Shown here: one piece after another, positions 27,854 through 38,008 of the stretch
Numbering within the stretch: position 1 is the stretch's first letter
How the letters are laid out: the number at the start of each line of letters is the position of its first letter
IMG/VR virus record: IMGVR_UViG_3300021964_000045
Span: 1-64,000 of that record
DNA length: 64,000 nucleotides
Strand: one strand, 5' to 3'
Source: a virus
Program-made: the position numbers and the translations under genes
The notes under the pieces: generated by a model
The model's database searches: none
Seen by the model: only the letters and a program-made list of their open reading frames with translations
Told to the model about the DNA's origin: nothing

Positions 27854-28525
27854 ATGACAACTATAGGATCAGTAATATCAAGAATAAGAGGTCAAGTAAA
27901 AGCAGAAGTACAAGATGCTTTTGTAACTGACAGATATGTATATAGCTTAATACAAAAATTTGCACAACTGTTAATTAGAAGGCAGGATAATGCAAATAAG
28001 CTTATGAAATTTAATGCTATATGGAAGACTCTTCCTTTTATAGAATTAATTGAAGTAGATAAAGTAGAAGCAGCTTGTACTGGAATCCAATCAGGTTGTA
28101 CAATTAAAAGAACTAAAAATAAGCTTCCTAATATGATGGAAGGTTATTGGGGTCCATTAATTAGAACTGTTAGCTCTATAGATGGCTCTAGAGAACTTAA
28201 AGCTACCCATCCGGGTACTTATACCTCCTTAACAAAAACAACTTCTTTTAGATACAATAATCAAAAATATTTTTGGTATATGAATGGCTATTTATATTTA
28301 CCAGATTTAGAATGGGATGCTGTAAAATTAGAAGGTGTTTTTGATGATGATATATCAGATTGGCTGTGTGAAACCAAAGATGAATGTACGCCAAGATACA
28401 AGCAAGAAATAAATATTCCAGAATCATTATTTGCAGAGATAGAGCAGCAAGTTATGCAAGTTATGTCTAATACATTAAGAATACCATCTGAAGATTCTGA
28501 TAACAAAATTAATTTACATAGATAA
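27854..28525 (+). CDS. putative tail ring/tubular protein
   Basis: 223 aa with KYFWYMNGYLY motif; position before the tail nozzle gene. Confidence 0.55.
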   Translation: MTTIGSVISRIRGQVKAEVQDAFVTDRYVYSLIQKFAQLLIRRQDNANKLMKFNAIWKTLPFIELIEVDKVEAACTGIQSGCTIKRTKNKLPNMMEGYWGPLIRTVSSIDGSRELKATHPGTYTSLTKTTSFRYNNQKYFWYMNGYLYLPDLEWDAVKLEGVFDDDISDWLCETKDECTPRYKQEINIPESLFAEIEQQVMQVMSNTLRIPSEDSDNKINLHR

Positions 28526-29406
28526 TGGCAATATCACACAAATACAGAACCTTTGATAGTTTAATGGAAGACGTTTCTATTGACTTTTCTTCTTATGCTT
28601 TAGAAGGCATGATTGACGCTGCACAACTTATTAAAGTAGCAACAAGAGTTAACTATGATTTAGGTATAAGAATACATAGAACAAAACAAGTAGTTTTGGA
28701 TGTAGAACACAATAAAGCTAGACTACCTCATGACTTTGCATATTTAAACTATGCATTTATTTGTGGTGATTACAATGTTGAAGTAAGCATGCCATCAGGA
28801 ACTCATATTGAAGATGTTGCTGTAGATTATGTACCTGATCCAGGTTTTACAGATTCATGCAGTGATGGTACTTGCAATGATGTTTGTGTAATTCAGAATT
28901 GTCCTGACGGTAAAGAATATAAATTAATACATAAAGTAGCACCAAGTCAATATAGATCTTACACTGCTTTTTCACCGTTACGTATAACAAATGTCAATGA
29001 TGCTACTTGTGACTGCCCTAATATAAATGTTAAATCAGAAATGATTGCTGAAATTAAAGATGGATTTTTAAAAACAAACTTTAAGACAGGAAAAGTATAT
29101 CTAAATTTTCAAGGAGCAATGGAAGATAATGAAGGTAACTTATTAGTACTGGATCATCCTTATTGTAATGAGTATTATGAATACGCTTTAAAACAAAGAA
29201 TACTTGAAAATATGATATTTGCAGGAGAACCTGTAGGTAATCAAATGGGGTTAATAGAACAAAGGCTTAGAGCTGCAAGAAATAACGCTTTATCATTTGT
29301 TAATACTCCTGACTTTGCTGAATTAAAAAAGATGTGGTTGGTTAATAGAAAAGCTCAATATCATAACTACTACAATATGTTTAAAAGTGGACCTACATTA
29401 AGATAA
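28525..29406 (+). CDS. putative tail tubular protein
   Basis: 293 aa with KARLPHDF and GFLKTNFKTGKVYLNF motifs; coupled to the previous gene. Confidence 0.6.
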   Translation: MAISHKYRTFDSLMEDVSIDFSSYALEGMIDAAQLIKVATRVNYDLGIRIHRTKQVVLDVEHNKARLPHDFAYLNYAFICGDYNVEVSMPSGTHIEDVAVDYVPDPGFTDSCSDGTCNDVCVIQNCPDGKEYKLIHKVAPSQYRSYTAFSPLRITNVNDATCDCPNINVKSEMIAEIKDGFLKTNFKTGKVYLNFQGAMEDNEGNLLVLDHPYCNEYYEYALKQRILENMIFAGEPVGNQMGLIEQRLRAARNNALSFVNTPDFAELKKMWLVNRKAQYHNYYNMFKSGPTLR

Positions 29407-29410
29407 TATT

Positions 29411-32400
29411 ATGGCAAAGAAAAGAAATACAAAAAAAGCCAGCAAACCTAATTTACAAAATACATCTAGTGTAGACATTAGAATATTTTTAAAAGGTATG
29501 GTTAAAGATCCTAATGCTTCTTTTCAACAAAAAGATACTTGGTCTCACGCACGTAATGCAATAAATAATTCTGTAGACGGAGATGTAGGTTTGTTAGGTA
29601 ATGAACCAGCAAACGTAGCTTGTGGTAGAGCGCCTTATACTATTATAGGAGCAGTGCATACTTATTCAGATCAATGGATTATTTATTCCACTGATAATGT
29701 TAATTCAGAAATTGGACTATTTGATGATAGCAAATGTGAATATACTACTTTAGTTAATGATCCATGTTTAGCATTCAATCAACATCATTTAATAACAGGT
29801 GCAGCAAAAGAAAATTTTGATTGTACTTGGCAAGTATATTGGGATGATGGAAATAATCCATCCAGGACACTTAACATAGATGATATACCTTGGAAACAAA
29901 TTGTTGTATCTAATCCAGGAGATCCTTGTGTTATATATGAAGATACCAATGATTTAGATTGTGAAAAAATAAGACTTGCTCCTTTGTTAGATACGCCTTG
30001 CGTTAAGATAAAAAAGTCTGAAAGTGGTGGTCAGTTAAGAAATGGATCATACCAAGTCTTTATAGCTTATACTGTAAATGAACAAAAGGTAACTGATTAT
30101 ATTGGAGTATCTAATATTCAATCATTATTTGATCATGCAGGTACTTCTGGTTCATTAGCTATAAACGTTACTAATCTTGATAAAGAATTTGATTATTATG
30201 AGTTAGTAATACTAAGTAATAATCAAGAAAATACTGTTGCAAAAAAAATAGGATTATATAGCACTGAGCAATCAGATATAGAAATAGATTATATTGATCA
30301 ATCTTTAGTTACTGTACCTCTAGAATTTATACCTCTGCGTACACCTGCTTATGAAAAATCAGATGCAATGTATGTTGTAAATGATTATTTAATAAGACAA
30401 GGACCTACAGAACAATTTGATTTTAACTACCAACCTCTTGCTAATAAAATAAAAACAAGATGGACTGTAGCTGAATACCCTGCTGACTACTATTATAAAA
30501 GTGGTAATAAAACAGGATTCATGCGTGATGAGCAATACGCTTTTTTTATAAGGTGGATTTACAACACAGGTGAAAGATCAAGTTCATATCACATACCAGG
30601 TAGAGCACCAAGAACAAATGGAGTTAATCAATTTGGACAGACTGTTGATGAGACAGCAATTAATGTTACACAAAATGCATTAAACGGTACAGAACAAAAT
30701 TATCAAGTTTATAATACTGCTACTATAACTCAGCCTAGTTTAAGTATACCCACTGGTGATGGAGGTACTATTATTGCAAAAGGGGATATGGCTTATTGGG
30801 AGTCAACTGAAAAATATCCAGCAACTAGACCAGATCTATGGAATACTTCTTCAAATCCTATATGGGGAGGTGGTAATCCAGATTATGATTTATGTGGCTT
30901 ACCCATAAGACATCATAAAATGCCAACAGAAGAAATTGGATCTCAGTTAATGCTTTCTGGTCTAAATGCTGGTGGTGCTAATACAATAAGAATCCTTGGT
31001 GTTGAATTTTATGATATACAACCTCCTTTAGATAATGATGGTAATTTGATTACTAACATAGTTGGTTATGAAATACTAAGAGGTTCAAGAGAAGGTCATA
31101 GATCTATTCTTGCAAAAGGTATATTTAGAAACATGAGAGTTTATGATATACCAGACGGTGGACAAACTCTTGGTAATGATAAAGGATTATATCCAAATTA
31201 TCCATACAATGATTTAAGACCTGATATATTTTTTCATGATGGTAAGAAAAATGATCAACACAGAACAGATGGTTGTGATAATTTTACTCAGTCTAAAAAT
31301 AATTACAAGCCCTTAACAGGTTATAAAAAAGATTACTTTACATTTCATTCACCTGAATTAATGTTTAGAAAGCCTTTTTTAAATGCTTATGAAACTAGAA
31401 TATATGGTGAGTTAAATGGTGAGTCTGTTGGTAAATTTATAAAATCAGAAAATCACCCTCAAAATAAATTATTAAGAAATGGTGCTGCAATTGTTGCCGG
31501 GCTTTTTGGTATTGGTTATGCAGTCAGACAAGTTCAAGGAGAAACAACAAAAGAACAACAAGCACTTCAAGGTTTTAATCCAATATATGCACCATGGTTT
31601 GTTGGTGGTCCAGGTTCTACAGGTGGTACTTTTACAGGTGGTTTTACTGCAGCAAGTGGTACGATACCACTAATGGCAGGTGGAAGTGCTATAGCTAATA
31701 TCCTTGTTAATGAGCTTTTAAAAAATGCCGTAGATGTTAGTGATATATATACGGGTGGTCTTGTATCTGATTTAGTATTGGAAGGTAGAGGAGCAACTAG
31801 CTTTTTAGCTACTGCTGCTCCTGGTACAATGGGTGGTGGAGTGAATAGAGGTGTTACCTATACTAGCCCTGACTCTGCAATACCTAGTTTATTAGGTGTA
31901 GCTATGGGTCTTGTTATTGCTCAGAAAAATATTACAATAGGAGCTCAAGAACTTATTGATTTAATGTATAACCTTGTTGCTGAAGATGATTTTGCATTTA
32001 AATATAATTCACATGGATTTTATAATTTTTTTAGAAAAAGATTATCTAATCAACTTTATAGAACCAAAAATAAAAATGCTAATTATGTAAAAAGTTCATT
32101 TCAAGAATTTGAAGGTTTTAAAATAAATAATTTATTTAGACCAATGACAGTTGCAATTGCAACAGAAGATGAATTTGATAATCCTATTAAACTTGATAAT
32201 TCTAGATATGCAATTGGTGGTGATGCTACTTCTGACTACTTAGATAATTTTTTAGAAAATCCAGAGCAAGAACAAACAAGAAATATATCTGCCTTATATG
32301 GTGGTTTGAAATTTGAGTTTGAAAATCAGTATGGTCAATTGGATGGTATTAAACAAGTTCAAATGAAAGGGTGTGTTGAATTAATTACTGCAGAAAACAC

Positions 32401-34498
32401 ATATGACACTTTTCAATCAGAACCTATTTTTTCAGGTGATATTTATGTAAATAGATACACAGAAAAAACAATCATGCCTATCTTTGCTGATTTTTTAAAT
32501 GGACAACCTGATCAATTTACTTATGATTATTTACAAAGAATAAATATTCCTTACCCAAGATTTTGGATGGACACAAGGAAATTTGACACTTCTGCTTTAG
32601 CAATGGAAATTGTTACGCTTGGTTTTGCAGACACAAAAAATCAAGCTTTACCAAATGATTTATTTTATTTAGATAGAGGGATAAATAGTTGTGGAACTGG
32701 TTTTTCAGATGTATTTAAAGGTAATGATCCTAATCAAGCTTTCAATATGACAACAGCATATATGTATACTCATGTAAATGGTGTACAAGATTTTTATGTT
32801 GAGTCTGAATATAATTTAGCTTATAGAGATTGGGATGATCAAGATGATAAAAGACATTATGATTCATATGAGTTTGCAGAAGTTGATGCTTTATTTCATG
32901 CTGATCACATTAAAAAAGGTAACTTTTATAAATATGATTTATCATTAAGTGTAAGCAAGATGATAACTCAGGTTACTTCTTTTGGTAATGTTCAACCTAG
33001 AGATTATGATCCTACAATAGCTGAAAATTGTTATCAGCATTATCCTAAAAGATTAATTTATTCTTTGCAGGCTAAACAAGAAGCTAAGAAAGATTTTTGG
33101 CGTGTGTTTTTAGCAAACAACTATAAAGATTTTAAAACTAAGGTTAATGTAATAAAACCAATTAATAAAAGTGGTGCTATTATATTTTTTCCATATCAGT
33201 CACCTCAGATGTTCCAGGGTGTAGATCAACTACAAACAGACTTAGGAGTTAAGGTAACAATAGGAGATGGTGGTTTATTTAATCAACCTTTTCAAAATAT
33301 TGTTAACTCTGATTTGTCAAATGAACATGGCTCATCTGAAAGTGCAAGATCTGTTGTTAATACACCAATGGGTTTATTTTATATATCACAAGCCCAAGGT
33401 AAAATATTTCATTATACCGGAAGGTTAGATAACATATCAAATGTTGGTATGAAGCAATGGTTTAATAAATACTTACCATCTCAATTAATAAAACAGTTTC
33501 CAGAATTAGAGTTTAGTAAACTATCAGATAACCCTGTTGTTGGTATAGGTTGTCAGTCTATATTTGACCCTAACTATAATATTGTATATTTTACTAAAAA
33601 AGATTATAGAGTAAAAGAAAGATACTTAGATCAGAATTCAAGATTAGGTTTTGTTGTTTTTGAAAATGGTAATTTCTTATTCAAAAGAAGTGCAACATCT
33701 GCTGGTTTTTTAATTAGCATAGGTGATCCTACTTTCTTTGAAGATGCATCTTGGACTGTGTCTTATGACCCAAAAATAAAAGCATGGATATCATTTCACG
33801 ATTGGCATCCTGAACTTGTACTACCTAGTATAAATAACTTTTTAACTACTAAGACAGATACTAATCCAGCTGCTAGAAATAAAGGTAGTATATGGAGACA
33901 TAACAGCAGATGTGATTTATATAGTAATTACTATGATGTTGATTATCCTTGGGAGGTTGAAATAATAGAAAATACAGGCTCTAATGTTAATACATTAAGA
34001 AGTGTAGAATATCAGTTAGAATCTTATGTTTATAAAGGTGATTTAGAAAATGGTTGTGCTGATGATAGATGGCATGATTTAGATTACAATTTTAATGAAG
34101 CTATAATTCATAATTCAGAACAAGTATCTGGTTTACTAAGATTAAATTTAAATCCTAAAGAAGATCCTTATGGTGCACTACAATATCCAATAGTTGGTTT
34201 AAATGATATTAATATTCTTTATTCAAAGGAAGAACAAAAATATAGATTTAATCAATTTTGGGATATTACAGATGACCGTGGTGAATTTACTGGTGTACAA
34301 CGTAGTGCTTTTATAACTCAAATAAATGGATATATAAAAGATTTAAATTTTGCAAATCTTAACTATTCTAAAGAAGAGGTTCAACGTAAGAAATTTAGAC
34401 ATTATTATAATAAAGTTTTATTAAGAAGAAGAGTATCTGGTAATAGAAAAATGTTAATAAAACTAGCAAGTACAAAACTTAATAATTCTTTTAGATAA
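29411..34498 (+). CDS. tail stabilisation/nozzle (muzzle) protein
   Basis: 1695 aa with KGMVKD...ARNA N-terminus, FMRDEQYAFFI and WTVSYDPKIKAWISFHDWHP, typical of crAss-like Tstab proteins. Confidence 0.78.
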   Translation: MAKKRNTKKASKPNLQNTSSVDIRIFLKGMVKDPNASFQQKDTWSHARNAINNSVDGDVGLLGNEPANVACGRAPYTIIGAVHTYSDQWIIYSTDNVNSEIGLFDDSKCEYTTLVNDPCLAFNQHHLITGAAKENFDCTWQVYWDDGNNPSRTLNIDDIPWKQIVVSNPGDPCVIYEDTNDLDCEKIRLAPLLDTPCVKIKKSESGGQLRNGSYQVFIAYTVNEQKVTDYIGVSNIQSLFDHAGTSGSLAINVTNLDKEFDYYELVILSNNQENTVAKKIGLYSTEQSDIEIDYIDQSLVTVPLEFIPLRTPAYEKSDAMYVVNDYLIRQGPTEQFDFNYQPLANKIKTRWTVAEYPADYYYKSGNKTGFMRDEQYAFFIRWIYNTGERSSSYHIPGRAPRTNGVNQFGQTVDETAINVTQNALNGTEQNYQVYNTATITQPSLSIPTGDGGTIIAKGDMAYWESTEKYPATRPDLWNTSSNPIWGGGNPDYDLCGLPIRHHKMPTEEIGSQLMLSGLNAGGANTIRILGVEFYDIQPPLDNDGNLITNIVGYEILRGSREGHRSILAKGIFRNMRVYDIPDGGQTLGNDKGLYPNYPYNDLRPDIFFHDGKKNDQHRTDGCDNFTQSKNNYKPLTGYKKDYFTFHSPELMFRKPFLNAYETRIYGELNGESVGKFIKSENHPQNKLLRNGAAIVAGLFGIGYAVRQVQGETTKEQQALQGFNPIYAPWFVGGPGSTGGTFTGGFTAASGTIPLMAGGSAIANILVNELLKNAVDVSDIYTGGLVSDLVLEGRGATSFLATAAPGTMGGGVNRGVTYTSPDSAIPSLLGVAMGLVIAQKNITIGAQELIDLMYNLVAEDDFAFKYNSHGFYNFFRKRLSNQLYRTKNKNANYVKSSFQEFEGFKINNLFRPMTVAIATEDEFDNPIKLDNSRYAIGGDATSDYLDNFLENPEQEQTRNISALYGGLKFEFENQYGQLDGIKQVQMKGCVELITAENTYDTFQSEPIFSGDIYVNRYTEKTIMPIFADFLNGQPDQFTYDYLQRINIPYPRFWMDTRKFDTSALAMEIVTLGFADTKNQALPNDLFYLDRGINSCGTGFSDVFKGNDPNQAFNMTTAYMYTHVNGVQDFYVESEYNLAYRDWDDQDDKRHYDSYEFAEVDALFHADHIKKGNFYKYDLSLSVSKMITQVTSFGNVQPRDYDPTIAENCYQHYPKRLIYSLQAKQEAKKDFWRVFLANNYKDFKTKVNVIKPINKSGAIIFFPYQSPQMFQGVDQLQTDLGVKVTIGDGGLFNQPFQNIVNSDLSNEHGSSESARSVVNTPMGLFYISQAQGKIFHYTGRLDNISNVGMKQWFNKYLPSQLIKQFPELEFSKLSDNPVVGIGCQSIFDPNYNIVYFTKKDYRVKERYLDQNSRLGFVVFENGNFLFKRSATSAGFLISIGDPTFFEDASWTVSYDPKIKAWISFHDWHPELVLPSINNFLTTKTDTNPAARNKGSIWRHNSRCDLYSNYYDVDYPWEVEIIENTGSNVNTLRSVEYQLESYVYKGDLENGCADDRWHDLDYNFNEAIIHNSEQVSGLLRLNLNPKEDPYGALQYPIVGLNDINILYSKEEQKYRFNQFWDITDDRGEFTGVQRSAFITQINGYIKDLNFANLNYSKEEVQRKKFRHYYNKVLLRRRVSGNRKMLIKLASTKLNNSFR

Positions 34499-37400
34499 TG
34501 AAGAAGAAATTTGAATACACGGAAACAAAAGGATTACCGGGAGGACCTAATGAATACATAACTCATGTATCAGGTATGTTTAGTACTGAAGGGTATAAAA
34601 GAAACTCACCTGATGTAAACAATCCTTACAATATAATTCCTTCTGGGTCTATAACAATGAAAGGTGTAGACTTCCCTGTTATGGGAACAGATAATCTGGG
34701 TAATAGCAAAGCAATGATACCGGGTAATGATTATCAATTTCCTGGAGATATGGTATTTGAAACTCCTATGTATAAAAGAGGGGGTGGTTTATTAACTAAG
34801 ACTATGAAGTGTAATAACTGCAGTTGGGAATGGAAAGCTGCAGATGGAGGTAATGATGTAACAACGTGTCACAAATGTGGAGGAGAAGCTTTACCTAAAG
34901 CTCAAGATGGAAATGGAGAATATATAGTTAAATCAGGAAATACTTTTGATGGGATTGCTAATAAATTAGGTATTGATAAACAAGCTCTTAGAGAAGCTAA
35001 TCCTGGAATAGATTATAATAAACTTAAAATAAATCAATTAATTAAATTACCTACACAAGTTGTACAGAAACCTGTACAACAACCTGAAGAAACATCAAAA
35101 GCAGTTGTTAAAAAAGAACCATTTAATAATTATACAATTACTCCAGATTTACTTTATAAACAAGCTTATGTAGAATCAAGGCTTGAACCTAAAGCAAAAA
35201 ATAGTTTAGGGTATATGGGTTTAGGGCAGATAGGGGAAGGTGTTATAACTGATTATAAAAGAGCAACAGGGGTTAAAGAAGTAGATCCATATGATCCAAA
35301 ACAAAATCATGATGTACAAGAGTGGTCAATGAATGAATTATATAATGCTTCATTTATAGATAAACCAGGTGCCACTGCAGAAAATAGATTGATTAAGGCT
35401 TTAGCTTCTTATAATTATGGACGAGGTAAAGTAAAAGATATATTAGAAGCAGAAAAAGCTAAAGGTAATGATATTTACAAAAGTAATGATTGGACAAAAC
35501 AATTACCTAAAGAAACAAGAGAGTATATAGATATGATTGTTTATAATGGTAAAACTGAAAAGAGACCCAATGTGCAAGAAAATTATCTTAATGCTACAAC
35601 AGATGATTCTTATAAAGATTTAAGAAGTATATATAAGTTTCAACTTAAAGGTGAAGTAAATTCTAAATCTGCAGCTGTATTTGATATACCATCTTACTAT
35701 GGTGATTTGGGTAGAAGATTTGTGCAAGAACAAAGAATTGTTGCTCAAGATAATACAAGGGTTAGTATACCTGCCGTAAATAAAGAACTGGCTTTCTTTA
35801 ATAAAATAGAAAAACAAGATTTAAGTAATTTTAAATATGATGTAAGACCAATAGAAATTGCAAGAGATAATACAAATGTTGTATTACCCGGTAGACCGGA
35901 ATTAAATACATCTTCTCCTGAACAATTAGATATTGCAGGTAGACAATTAGAACGGCCTAATTTAGCACGTCAATTTACAGAAGCAGTAAATGAGTATACT
36001 CCAAAAAATAAGTATGAAAAGGATTATGCAAATGCTTCATCAGATGAAATAAAAAATCTTCAAAGAACTTTAATTAAAGAAGGTTATGGTAGTTTATTGG
36101 GTGAATTTGGTGAAGAAGGAAATGGTGTAGATGGTAAATTTGGACCTAAAACAAAAGCTGCTTATAACAGTTTGATTTCTGACGGAAATTTAGGTTTAAA
36201 TAATATTGATAAATATTATAAAAAATATTCTAACAATAATAAAGCAGATGTAATAAAAATTCAAAATACTCTTGTAGAACAAGGTTATTTACCAGAAAAA
36301 ACAAAAGATGGTAAAAGTAATATAGATGGTAAATTTGGAGACAGAACTAAACTTGCACTTCAAGAATATAACTCATCCACCAAAGATGAAGATCCTAATG
36401 CTTTTATATTTAATAATATACCAAATAAATTAGAAGATCCAAGATGTGCTGCTGGTATGTGTTCTATACTTGAAGATAACAATATAATAACAGAAGCTCT
36501 TGGTATAAAGTATAAGAATGCTTGGGACATACATGAAAATATGAGGAATGCAGGTAATAGTCAAAGTATATACAATATATATGATGAACCTGAATTTGCT
36601 AATTTGGGTCCAGGTACATCTGCTGAAGAACTTAAATCAATAACAAAGGAAGTTAAACAACGCTCACAAACAAAAGAATCAGATTATGAAGTTGGAGATA
36701 TTGTTGGTTTGTATTGGCCTAATTCACAGTATCATGAAGAAACTTTGAAAAATTCAAAAACGTTTAATACACACGTTGGTTTTGTTTCTGATTTTGATAA
36801 GAATGGTAAACCCATTATAACCCATAACGTTAGTGGTAATGTCTTACAGCAACCGTATGATCAGCTTCAAACAACTTGGATATCAAGACCAGAAAAAAAT
36901 GTAAAACTTAACAAAAAGTATGATGCTTCTGAATATCAAAAAATAGAAGTAGATGAAAATCTTATTTCTAATTTTGAAGCAAAAAAGGAAAGACCTTTAA
37001 CAACTAATGAAAGAGATGTTGTTGGTAATATAATGAAGAGGTCAAGATATAATGCACAAGCTATTCCTGAAATGCTTAATTCATCAGTTGACAGAAATTG
37101 GTTAGAAGCAGCAACATTTGCAATAACAGGTGTTGAAAGTTCTGCGGGAATTTCACCAAATACACCAAGAACTGTAGAAGAAGCAGCTAGTCAAAATTAT
37201 GGTTTGCAGGGGTTAGCATATACTATTAAAGATAAAACATCAGAAGATATATCATTAGGTGTGGCCAAAACAAAGTTTAATTCTTTAGATAATTTTGCAA
37301 AAGAGTATTTTAATATTAATAGCCCAGAAGATCTGGCCAATGATAATAAAGCAACAGATGCAGTAAGTTATTTATTAGTTAAGCATTATGAATTATTTAA

Positions 37401-37962
37401 AAATTATTCTCAACAATATCCAGAGTTAGGGCTAACAGATCAAGACATTAAAAACATGTCTATTTTAGCACATAATCAAGGTACAAATATGCTATTAAAA
37501 ACAGGAAGAAATTTATCTGGACCTGGAGATAATAGATCAATAGAAGAACAAATTGAAAGTTTAAGAAAACTATATCAAGGAAAGATAAAAGATGTATCAT
37601 CTACAAAACTTAAGTATCTTGGTGACGTTGGTGAATTTATTTATAATCTTACTAAAGATGAAGGTGATGAAACTTACGTGTCTAAATCAAATAGATACAT
37701 AGATGAAGTTTACAATAAAAATAAAAAACAATATGTAAATGTTGATAGCCGTAAACCTAAGCCATCAATAATGGCAAAAGGCGGTGAGTATCAAGTATTT
37801 AGCAATTATGTAAATGGAATGTACGATAATACACCTAATGATAAAGAAGCTAAAAAAATATATGACAAATTAAATAGAGTACACTACAAAGATGCAAAGA
37901 AAGCTGGCACAACAGTTCCTAATTACATTTTAAGTGTGTTAATGAATACAGCTAATGATTAG
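34498..37962 (+). CDS. multi-domain virion-associated peptidoglycan hydrolase (Zn ribbon, LysM, SLT, two PG-binding, Cys-His amidase-like, second lysozyme-like domain)
   Basis: LysM YIVKSGNTFDGIA...LREANPGI; SLT VESR...GLGQ...ALASYNYG; DGKFG twice; RCAAGM...THVGFV; GVESS...AHNQG. Confidence 0.8.
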   Translation: MKKKFEYTETKGLPGGPNEYITHVSGMFSTEGYKRNSPDVNNPYNIIPSGSITMKGVDFPVMGTDNLGNSKAMIPGNDYQFPGDMVFETPMYKRGGGLLTKTMKCNNCSWEWKAADGGNDVTTCHKCGGEALPKAQDGNGEYIVKSGNTFDGIANKLGIDKQALREANPGIDYNKLKINQLIKLPTQVVQKPVQQPEETSKAVVKKEPFNNYTITPDLLYKQAYVESRLEPKAKNSLGYMGLGQIGEGVITDYKRATGVKEVDPYDPKQNHDVQEWSMNELYNASFIDKPGATAENRLIKALASYNYGRGKVKDILEAEKAKGNDIYKSNDWTKQLPKETREYIDMIVYNGKTEKRPNVQENYLNATTDDSYKDLRSIYKFQLKGEVNSKSAAVFDIPSYYGDLGRRFVQEQRIVAQDNTRVSIPAVNKELAFFNKIEKQDLSNFKYDVRPIEIARDNTNVVLPGRPELNTSSPEQLDIAGRQLERPNLARQFTEAVNEYTPKNKYEKDYANASSDEIKNLQRTLIKEGYGSLLGEFGEEGNGVDGKFGPKTKAAYNSLISDGNLGLNNIDKYYKKYSNNNKADVIKIQNTLVEQGYLPEKTKDGKSNIDGKFGDRTKLALQEYNSSTKDEDPNAFIFNNIPNKLEDPRCAAGMCSILEDNNIITEALGIKYKNAWDIHENMRNAGNSQSIYNIYDEPEFANLGPGTSAEELKSITKEVKQRSQTKESDYEVGDIVGLYWPNSQYHEETLKNSKTFNTHVGFVSDFDKNGKPIITHNVSGNVLQQPYDQLQTTWISRPEKNVKLNKKYDASEYQKIEVDENLISNFEAKKERPLTTNERDVVGNIMKRSRYNAQAIPEMLNSSVDRNWLEAATFAITGVESSAGISPNTPRTVEEAASQNYGLQGLAYTIKDKTSEDISLGVAKTKFNSLDNFAKEYFNINSPEDLANDNKATDAVSYLLVKHYELFKNYSQQYPELGLTDQDIKNMSILAHNQGTNMLLKTGRNLSGPGDNRSIEEQIESLRKLYQGKIKDVSSTKLKYLGDVGEFIYNLTKDEGDETYVSKSNRYIDEVYNKNKKQYVNVDSRKPKPSIMAKGGEYQVFSNYVNGMYDNTPNDKEAKKIYDKLNRVHYKDAKKAGTTVPNYILSVLMNTAND

Positions 37963-37979
37963 GCATTCTCACCAATATT

Positions 37980-37989
37980 TTGTATATTA
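37980..37989 (+). promoter_or_regulatory. TTGTATATTA promoter-like motif
   Basis: Repeated 10-mer in a 46-nt intergenic gap. Confidence 0.6.
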
Positions 37990-38008
37990 ATTATATATAT
38001 TATTATCA

